Shown in pieces: positions 13,883 through 24,352 of a stretch of DNA of 64,000 nt. Every line of letters starts with the position of its first letter. Position 1 is the stretch's first letter. The DNA lies in assembly GCF_964204645.1 (NCBI RefSeq), contig NC_134035.1:4960001-5024000 (forward strand), given 5' to 3'. Under the pieces are notes generated by a model, which saw only the letters and a program-made list of their open reading frames with translations, ran no database searches and was not told where the DNA came from. This stretch comes from Tubulanus polymorphus (Eukaryota; Animalia; Nemertea). The translations under genes were made by a program, and so were the position numbers.

Positions 13883-16523
13883 CTAGTTTCCCAGCAGCGT
13901 CACATCGCGAAATTCTTCCATGTATCTGTTTTTAACGCGACAGGTATACTGCGTATCCCAGCCGGTCAGGTCAGCTGCTGTCGGCGACCTGATCACCAAA
14001 CGAGCCATTACCGATACGGGTTGACGAGATGTGACCACCCTCATGTTGCCCGTCGATGTCAACTCGGTGGAATCTTTTTCGAAGTCGCTCAAATCGTGCA
14101 TCCTTTGCGTCTTGTAGAAACGAACTTCTGGAAGCGGATATCCGGTGGTATCGCAGTTCAAGATAACCTTAAACAAAACAAAATATATGATTGAACAAAA
14201 TAGGACGGAACCCAGTGCAGCGCAGATTTCGAAGTTCGGTCCATGTACTAACCTAAGAATTGAAAATCATTTTCAATTTTTTGACGATAGAGTCAATTTT
14301 TAACACCGAATGAGTCCAGAATTTATAGTATTTCGGTTGGAGCAAAACTTAACAGCAGTAACATATGTAACGGACGACCAGGAACAATTTTGAAATTACC
14401 TCTTTCTTGCTAGTTGCGTTGTACACGGACTAATAAACATTTGGTTGTTTGAAATGAATCTAATCGGTTCGAACTGCGCGAATTTGATCGCTTTCGTTTG
14501 AATGGGATGTCGATAACCGACATCCAACTTCCACTGATCCTCGAAAATCGCTGACTGGCTTCCACCCACTTTGAAATATGATATGAGAAAGTTTTCCGCG
14601 TGAATAATCGAAACTGGTTTTACGAATTGACCATTTTTGCTCGTCATTAGAATATAAGGACTCGGATAAGCCACGGAGAATACAGTGACTATGGTCTTCT
14701 CTTTATGGCTGATAGGTACTACACCAAACTTCTCCAAAGCGTCCGTTTTGGCGTACCATAAATTCTGGTACAACGGAGCTGTATGTACCATTACATTTCT
14801 GATCTTTCCGAAATCGCTTCTCTTGGCGATGAAAGAACACATGGAAGTGTGAATCTCAACTACTTTGTCGACGCCTAAATCCAAGTATGGAGCTGATGCG
14901 CAGTATTCGCCGGTATTTCCATCTGTTGCGTTCAGTTTAACGACCATCTTCGCCTCGTAGGTCAGATCGTCGATCCATTTGTTATACGTTCCGTGATTGT
15001 CGATCAAGTTCGGACTGTAATGGTCCGGTTTTTTTACCGTCGTTATCGAATGATTTGTACCAGTCTTCAGACGTGGCACTCACGATGCCTTCACTGGCCT
15101 TACTGCGTGAGAATTGCGGGGCCGCTTCAGTGACATCGAACGTCAAGCGTCGCTGTAACGTCACCGTACCATCGACTGTATCTTCCAGCACTATTGTCTC
15201 CGGAGACCCGGTAGCTCTACCCAACGGGATATCGCGCACGATTGCCATTTTACCGGCATCTACCATGACATGTATGGTGTATGTTTGGCAGCCAGTCAGT
15301 ATTAGCATCAGTCGGTACGTTGCTATTTTTTCTAGTGTTTCTGGGGCTGATTCGACTTCTAAACGCGCTGTTGTTGACGAGCCCGAAGTTTGTTGAGATA
15401 TTTTACCGTATCCATCATCATCTCCAGCATCTGGAAATGTAAATTCAGAGACCTTCGCATCATACTGAGACTCACACCTCCTGATCTGCTGAAAATCGAA
15501 AGTATAAGAAACGAAATAACTAAGTTTCTTTTTTCCTTTTATACTACAGAAATTTCATCAGTTTTATTAATTATCAGTGGTTTACAGGACGCCGGACGAT
15601 GTTATTTATGATTGCGACTTATTTAGATAAGTATTTCTGGTATATACGTATACGTATATGGACTAATTTACCCGTATTGGTGATCAGCACTTCTCGTTCG
15701 GAAAACCGAATATACCAGTGGGTTTCTAATTCCAGGCTCGTATCAGCGGTGACTGATATGACGAACGGTTTTCGTGGTTCGTACTCGGAAACTTCAACTC
15801 GCCGAATCCAACCGAGATTATCCGAGCACTCATTATCCTGATCGTCTGCCCAAACAATACTAAACGACGCGATACATACCTGTAACAATTCATACAAACA
15901 AAACATGGCCAGATATCTGGTTAATGGATAAGTATCTCTGTTAATGGATTTCCATGATTTTGTTTGTAATCTTAACATTTCTGAAGATTCATAGATTCAG
16001 ATTCGCAGACGACCCTTCATTGTATTCAAAATCCTTGCGTACTGAGACATACAGAATATGAAAAGTATTTGAGATCAACAGGTATAATAATAAACAAATA
16101 AAAATAAAAACTAAACAAGTAGTTATATACATTTGAGATAGATATGTGAATGATTTATCAAAGCATTCAGTGATGAATTTTCCAATGTCTTTTTGTAGAT
16201 TACAATCGGTTATAAGATAACTATCAGGATATAGTCGAAACGTTAAAACAAAAAATAAACTACAGCTCAAACAAACATTTGAGACTCGTTATTCTTTTAT
16301 ATTGTGCAATTATGTTATGTAATTACACGGATTCAGAGTGCTTCATCGAGATTAAAACGTGAAACTGCTATAGGCCTACACCATGAATTTTCCTCTGATA
16401 CATTTCAGAATATCTACAAAAATCGGTCATTCATTTATTCATTTCTAAATCGAACAAAGACTGAGACATCTTACTCACCGTGAAAATTACTGCGAAAAAG
16501 GACCAACTTAGCTTTCCCTCCAT
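13883..16523 (-). pseudogene. Multi-Ig gene copy C, frameshifted
   Basis: Exons 16479-16523, 15672-15879, 14400-15430 and 13883-14167. A +1 nt change at ~15027 gives a stop at 14982-14984. A second, +2 nt shift lies at ~14430-14440. Confidence 0.8.
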
Positions 16524-17143
16524 AGTGCTTACACTGCGTGTGAACTGCCAAACTTGTATAAACAAGCCCTTTATTCACAAATGATGGAATATTCGGTCTT
16601 TCCACATAGATTACAAGTGGGTAATTGCTACGTTAAACATATTACCCGGTAATGTTTATCGTGATTACGAGTTGTTTTCCAAAGTAGGTCCTAAATATGT
16701 TTGTTAGAAATAATTCACATTCGAATCAACGTGCCCTCCTCCGCAATCACAAATATCATCAAACGATTTACATTTACAAAATGGTGGCAAATCTTACCTG
16801 GAGAGAAACGAAAAGTTACGATGGAAATATGATTTTTGTTTCAAATTGTACACTGTTTTCTCAATGATGATTTTATTCTAAATGAATGACATAAACAAAA
16901 TTGTATAACATTGCACGAATTCGAGGACCTGCGTGTCTCCACTCACCGTAGGAGTTTATCATAGATCTTTCGTCGATGCATTATTTTAAATTGTACACGA
17001 TGCCAGTTCAAATGAGTATCGCCGAAAGTAAAATTGACGATACCGTTTCTCACATTGGTCGACGTGGATTCGGGGAAAAGAAAGCACAAACACTCATTTC
17101 GATTCTGCATTACTCAAATAATTGCCCCGTCCGTACTTCTTAT

Positions 17144-20100
17144 CTAGTTTCCCAGCAGCGTCATAGCGCGAAATGCTTCCATGTATTTGTTTTTAGCGCG
17201 ACAGGTATACGAATACCAGCCGGTCAGGTCAGCTGCCGTCGGCGACCTGATCACCAAACGAGCCATAACCCGCTCTGGTTGACGAGATGTGACCAACTCA
17301 ACGTTACCCTTCGATGTTAACTCGGTGGATTTTTGTTCGAAGTCGCTCAAACCATTCATTATATGTGTTTTGTAGAAACGGATTTCTGGTAGCGGATACC
17401 CGGTGGCATCGCAGTTCAACGTTACCTAAAACAACAATATACATAAGATCAAAACAAGTGAGGACCCAGTGCTGCGTTTAGCGGAATAGTTCCACGATCG
17501 AATATTTACAAAAAGTACCCGATTATTGTAAGAGCTTACCACCAACGATTTAGGTAACTAACTAGAACAAAGCATGATAGGACCTATAGTGTTATACCAC
17601 AGTGTTGTCGAATAAGATCTAACTCAAATAGAGTTGAAATTCATATTCGATTCATTTACCATAAATGGTGCAATTCGAACATCGAAAGGGTCTAGATAGT
17701 TACCTAATCGATGGGCTTGTATAAATATCCGATCCGTGAAACTAAACCACAGGTACAAATACATAACGACCGGGAACAGGATGAGTCGAGAAGATACACA
17801 CTATCCGTGTGAGATGGATGACGAGAGAAACCCAACAATGATTCAGTCAAAGATAAATAATTCTTGAATTGAAGTGTGAAAAATTCTTGAATTGATGGCT
17901 AATAGTTTTTATAGCCGGAACGTTGCTCAAAATAGATCTCTTCAATTCAAGAATTTTTCATCTTTGACTGAATCATTGTGGGATTTCTCTCGTCAACGAT
18001 TACGAACAATTTTAGAATATATTACCTCTGTCTTGCTAGTCGCATTGAGCACTGTTTTATGCCATTCGTTGTTTGAAATGAATCTAATCGGTTCGAACTG
18101 CGCGAATTTGATCGCCTTCGTTTGAATGGGATGTCGATAACCGACATCCAACTTCCACTGATCCTCGAAAATCGCTGACTGGCTTCCATCCACTTTGAAA
18201 TAGGATATGAGACGGTTTTCCGCGCGAATCATCGAAACTGGTTTTACGAATTGACCATTTTTGCTCGTCATTAGAATATAAGGACTCGGATAAGCCACGG
18301 AGAACACAGTGACAATGGTCTTCTCTTTACTGCTTATTGGTACCACCCCGACATCTTCCGTTTTATCCCGCAATAAATTCTGATACAACGGAGCTGCATA
18401 TAACAGTACGTTTATGATCTTTCCAAAATCGCTTCTCTTGGTGATGAGTGAACACATGGAAGTGTGAATCTCAACTACTTTGTCGACGCCTAAATCCGAG
18501 TAAGCAGTTGATACGCAGTATTCGCCGGTGTTTTCATCTGTTATCTGTTCAGCGTTCATTTTAACGAATGTGCTCGTCTCGTAGGTCAGATCGTCGATCC
18601 ATTTATTATACGTTCCGTGATTGATGATCGGGTTCGTGCTGTGATCGTTCGTTTTTTTACCGTCGTGATCGAATGATTTGTACCAGTCTTCCGATGTGGC
18701 CCTCAAGACGCCTCTGCTTGCTTTGCTGCGTGAGAATTGCGGGGCCGCTTCAGTGACATCGAACGTCAAGCGTCGCAGTAACGTCACCGTACCATCGGCT
18801 GTATCTTCCAGCACTATTGTCTCCGGAGATGCGGTAGCTCTACCCAACGGGATATCGCGCATCATTACCATTTTACCGGCCTTTATCATAAGATAAATGT
18901 AGTATGTTCGGCAGCCGGTCAGTATTATCGTTAGGCGGTATGTTCCTAGTTTTTTTCGTGTTTCTGGGGCTGATTCGACTTCTAAACGTGCTTTTGTTGA
19001 CGAGCCAGAAGTTTGTTGAGATATTTTACCGTATCCATCATCATCACCAGTATCTGAAAACGTGAATTCAGAGATCTTCGCATCATACTGAGAATCAGGC
19101 TTTCTGGTATGAGATGGTTCAACACCGAACATTCAAAGATTGAGCAACAAAAGAACAAAATTTCTTCCTTCCTTTAATATACCTAGTAGGTATACGAAAA
19201 ATACAGATGGAATAATTTACCCGTATTGATGACTGGCACTCCTCGTTCAGGTAAAGTAACGAACCAGTGGGTTTCTAATTCCAGGCTCGTATCAGCGGTG
19301 ACTGATATGACGAACGGTTTTAGTGGTTCGTACTCGGAAACTTCAACTCGCCGAATCCAACCGAGATTATCCGAGCACTCGTTATCCTGATCGTCTGCCC
19401 AAACAACACCAGACGACGCGATACATACCTGTAACATTTCATACAAACAAAACATGGTCAAAAAAGTGGTTTCTTGATTAGTATCTTTGTTCATGGATTT
19501 CCATGATTTTGTTTGTAACCTTACTGAAGATGACTATTTAGATAAAGTCGAAACGTGGAAACAATCATGAGTACAAAGAGAAATTTGGGACTCTTGCCCT
19601 GCGAGATGACGCCATTAGTATCTTACCCCGAAATTTATATCTATGATAGATTTATGAGTCCCTGTCGCAGTTTTCTATTTGAACAATTTTGATGATTGTA
19701 GTTTATCTGGACACCTCGTAATCTATGATAAATTCTAGGTTATTTTCAGAACAATAAAAAACACCGCGAGCAATACACGATAAATGATAATCTATAAACC
19801 GATACATTAATTTTCAGGCAACATAGAAATTATATGAAATCAAAAAACTATCGATCTGGACACCTCGTAATCTATGATAAATTCTAGGTTATTTTCAGAA
19901 CAATAAAAAACACCGCGAGCAATACACGATAAATGATAATCTATAAGCCGATACATTAATTTTCAGGCAACATAGAAATTATATGAAATCAAAAAACTAT
20001 CGATCAGCTTGATTACGAATCATTGACGGGGTTTGATACATATATACCACAGAGATTTAGTCAGTTCCAAAATTTGGAACGCGACCTGATTCGCTCTTTT

Positions 20101-20380
20101 GGGTCGTTCCAAATTAAACCGGTCTGAAATGGACCAGACCAATTTGGAACCGACGCTTTTCAGGTGTAAGCGCTTGGTCCGATCCAAATTGGGCCGGGCC
20201 GAATTTAGACTGGTCTAAGTATAAGCTTAAAACATGGAACAGGCCTATGTTCACAACAAATGTGTCGATGATACATTTCAGAATATCAACAAAAGCGTCG
20301 TCATTCACATTTCTAAATCGAACAAAGATATATTTACTCACCATGAACGTAAGAAATGTCAAACTTAGCTTCCCCTCCAT
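17144..20380 (-). CDS. Secreted multi-Ig-like-domain protein, copy D (intact, 518 aa, most divergent intact copy)
   Basis: Exons 20342-20380 (MEGKLSLTFLTFM|gtgagt), 19221-19428, 18026-19053 and 17144-17425; phases are consistent and the frame is open. Confidence 0.78.
19705..20005. repeat. 149-bp direct tandem duplication in intron 1 of Ig copy D
   Basis: atctggacacctcgtaatctatgataaattctagg... starts at both 19705 and 19854. Confidence 0.95.
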
Positions 20381-21033
20381 GGTGACTACACTACGTGTGA
20401 AACTGCCAGACAGAAACGTGTATAAACAAGCCAAAATCATAAATAATGAAATGTTTTGTCTTTCCGCGTATAGGTAATTGCAACATTTAACATATCACTC
20501 CGTAATGTTTATCGTAATTAGAGGTTATTTTCCAAAGTATAGCCGTAAATATGTTATCGTTATCAGTCAAAATTCACATTCGATTTTACGTATCCTCCGC
20601 AATCACGTATACGTATCTGATATTTTACATTTACAAAAAATCGTGAGAAAAAAATGTGAGAAAACGCAAACTCATGACGGAAATAAGATTTTTTTTTCTT
20701 AAATTTTACATAGTCTTCTTAACGTTAGTTTAATTCCGAAGGAATGACAGAACCAAAATAGTATACGATTGAACGAATATATCATCTAAGGGCCTGAATG
20801 TTTCCAGTTACCGTAAGAGTTTATTATAGACCGCTTTTCGATGCATTATTTCAAGTTTTACATGACACCATTTCCAAAGAGTATATACTCTTTGGAAATA
20901 GCGTCAAAAATCGAAAGTAAATTTTACGTTAACTGTTATGTATAGTTTCGCTGAGAAATGCGTAGAAAAGAAAACACACATATTTATTCCAATTCTGGAT
21001 TACTAAAAAAATTTTCCGTCCGTACATCCTGAT

Positions 21034-23263
21034 CTAGTTTTCCAGCGTCATAAAGCCAAATTTTTCCATGTATTCGTTTTTAGCGCGACAGGTGTACTGT
21101 GAATACCAGCCGCCTACGTCAGCTGCTGTCGGTGACCTGATCACCAAACGAGCCATAACCCGCGTCGGTTGACGAGATATGACCACCTTCTTGTTACCCG
21201 TCGATTTGATCTCGGTGGATTTCTTTTCGAAGTTTTGCAAACCATTCATTCTTAGTGTTTTGTAGAAACGGATTTCTGGTAGCGGATATCCGGTGGCATC
21301 GCAGTTCAACGTTACCTATAACAACAATAAACATAAGATTAAAACAAGTCAGGACCCAGTGCTGTGTTTAATAGTTCCACGATCGAATATTTTCAAAAAC
21401 CATCCGATTATTTTAAACCTACCACACCAACGATTTAGGTAACTAACTAGAACCAAACATGATAGGATCCATAATGTTATACGACAGTAGTTGAATAAGA
21501 AAATAAAAACAGTAATTTTCAATGTTTTTACCAAAAAAGGTGCAATTCACCAATAAGAAGGAGTCCAGAATTAGTATTTCGCAGGTACCAACAAATACAC
21601 TCGATCAAGAACTATTTTAGAATATGTTACCTGTTTCTTGCTAGTCGCATCGAACACAAATCTCGTCATTTTTTTGTTTGAAATGAATGTAATCGGTTCG
21701 AACTTCGCGAATTTGATCGCTTTCGTTTGAATCGAATTTCGATAACCGACGTCCAACTCTCACTGATCCTCGAAAATCGCCGACTGGCTTCCATCCACTT
21801 CAAAATAGGATTCGAGAAAGCTATTCGTGCGAATCGTCGAAACTGGTTTTACGAATTGACCATTTTTGCTCGTCATCAGAATATAAGGACTCGGATAAGC
21901 GACGGTGAATACAGTGACAATGGTCTTCTCTTTATGGCTGATAGGTACTACACCAAACTTCTCCAGAGCGTCAATTTTGATGTGCCATATATCCTGGTCT
22001 AACGGAGGCGCATATACCATTACATTTTTGATCTTTCCGAAATCGCTTCTCTTGGTCATGAGTGAACACATTGAAGTGTAAATCTCAACTACTTTGTCGA
22101 CGCCTAAATCCAAGTATGGAGCTGATGCGCAGTATTCGCCGGTATTTTCATCTGTTGCGTTCAGTTTAACGACCATCTTCGCCTCATAGGTCAGATCGTT
22201 GATCCATTTGTTATACGTTCCGTGATTGTCGATCAAGTTCGGACTGTAATGGTCCGTTTCTTTACCGTCGTTATCGAATGATTTGTACCAGTCTTCAGAC
22301 GTGGCACTCACGATGCCTTCACTGGCCTTACTGCGTGAGAATTGCGGGGCCGCTTCAGTGACATCGAACGTCAAGCGTCGCTGTAACGTCACCGTACCAT
22401 CGACTGTATCTTCAAGCAGTATTGTCTCCGGAGACCCGGTAGCTCTACCCAACGGGACATCGCGCATGATTACCATTTTACCGGCATTTACCATAACATG
22501 TATGGTGTATGTTTGGCAGCCGGTCAGTATTATCATCAGTCGGTACATTGCTATTTTTTCTAGTGTTTCTGGGGCTGATTCGACTTCTAGACGCGCTGTT
22601 GTTGATGAGCCCGAAGTTTGTTGAGATATTTTACCGTATCCATCATCATCGCCAGCATCTGAAAATATAAATTCAGAGACATTCGCAAAATACTGGGACT
22701 CAGGCTTTCGGGGATGATGCGGTTCGACACCGAAGGATTGAGCAACAAAAGAACGAACTTTCTTCCTTTTTTCAATATATCTAAAGGTACACGAAAAAAA
22801 GGCGATCGAGCAATTTACCCGTATTGGTGATCAGCACTTCTCGTTCGGGTAACCGAATATACCAGTGGGTTTCTAATTCCAGGCTCCAGCGGTGACTGAT
22901 ATGACGAACGGTTTTCGTGGTTCGTACTCGGAAACTTCAACTCGCCGAATCCAACCGAGATTATCCGAGCACTCATTATCCTGATCGTCTGCCCAAACAA
23001 CACCAGACGACGCGATACATACCTGTAACATTTCATACAAACAAAACATGGTCAAAATGATTGATTGAATATGTGATTGATGCATTTCAAAATATTGACA
23101 AAACATTTATCTATAAATGTATTTAGAATTGGGACGTCACGAATACAGCCAGCATGATTCCCCGCGATAATTCTGTTTTCACATTGAAATAGAGTCAATG
23201 GTTAAGCGTAGAACTTTTTCTGACTGTAAAAATTGTTGCGAAAGTCAAAATTAGCTTCCCCAT
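21034..23263 (-). pseudogene. Multi-Ig gene copy E, disrupted
   Basis: Exons 23225-23263, 22819-23022 (4-bp deletion; 204 vs 208 nt), 21631-22658 (Trp codon changed to TGA at 21760-21762) and 21034-21315. Confidence 0.8.
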
Positions 23264-23529
23264 AGTGATGCATATGAACTGCAGTAAGCGCTGTATTCGT
23301 TATTATGATTTATTCGTATAATCGTGTAAATTGCGAGTGGATATTGCGACGTTCGATTTACTGTGGCATGTTAAACGTGCTTATTTTCCAACATCAACAT
23401 AAAAAGACGTTCTAATTTCCGAACAAATCATATGACTGACGCGTCAGTCTCCTCCGTAATCGCAAACGTCTGTAGTATCACGGTTGAAAAATTCCAATAC
23501 TTGACAAAATGGTTTGATGTAGGTGACAG

Positions 23530-23655
23530 ATCCTGCCCAAACGATACGATACATGCCTGTTACAATTCATAGAAGAATGATCAAACATGATCAAAGTGAA
23601 TGATAGAAATTTGTTAATGACGCATTTCGAAATATGGACAAAACATCCATCTATG
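23530..23655 (-). pseudogene. Degenerate remnant of a further Ig-gene exon 2/intron 1 boundary
   Basis: cctgcccaaacgatacgatacatgcctgttacaattcata...aaacatgatcaaa...gacaaaacatccatctat resembles ~22990-23115. Confidence 0.5.
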
Positions 23656-24352
23656 CGTTATTTTTAATCGTGCACAGAAAAAGACAAAGGCGTGTATTTT
23701 CAGTTGACTTGGTGAAAGTCTTCATATTTGTATGCCGGTAACTTTTGGTTTCGTGAAGTAATCGTGAAGACAAATAGTACTTAGAAGGCTTACTAGATTT
23801 CATTAAAAGTACGAGCTTTCGCTACTAGTGTATATAGTAGCTACATCAGGTAGTTGAGCACTCATTTCAGCCGGTGACCTGGCGAAACTATAGAAGCGAA
23901 CGCTCATTTTCGTCTGTTGTGGGGTATTTTTCAATTTGTACACTGTCGATTTTCCAAATATGATATTTTTTCTGAACAAATGAAACAAGCATAAAATATT
24001 GTTGTTGCTTCGAGACTTATCTTACTACGGACTTAAGTCGGTGCAGATGTTATAGATTTTCCGCAATTCAGATATTTCTTAAGAATCTAATTAAATGCAA
24101 ATTTGAGGTACAAGACGCCTGCGTGACGACATATCAATTGAATAATTACAGTCGTAAGGACTCCTTGAATTGTCTGAGGAAATAAAGCATAAAGACATAT
24201 GATTCAAAAAGGTAATCAATTCATCCATCTGTTTCCTCTAATGGATCAAGCAGTTGTTGCGGCCAGACTGTCTACCGCTGATCGCCGCAGACGGATTGTG
24301 GACTGATCATCTTGAGGATCTATTTGTAAAATAACAGCGACTGTTAGCGAGG

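Noticed and set aside
21760-21762. TGA recoding (selenocysteine or readthrough) in Ig copy E
   Set aside because: It replaces a Trp codon found in all other copies, and copy E also has a 4-bp deletion in exon 2.
24241-24306. 21-codon upstream ORF before CRYM, present in both copies
   Set aside because: Conservation is explained by recent duplication, and there is no evidence it lies in the transcript.
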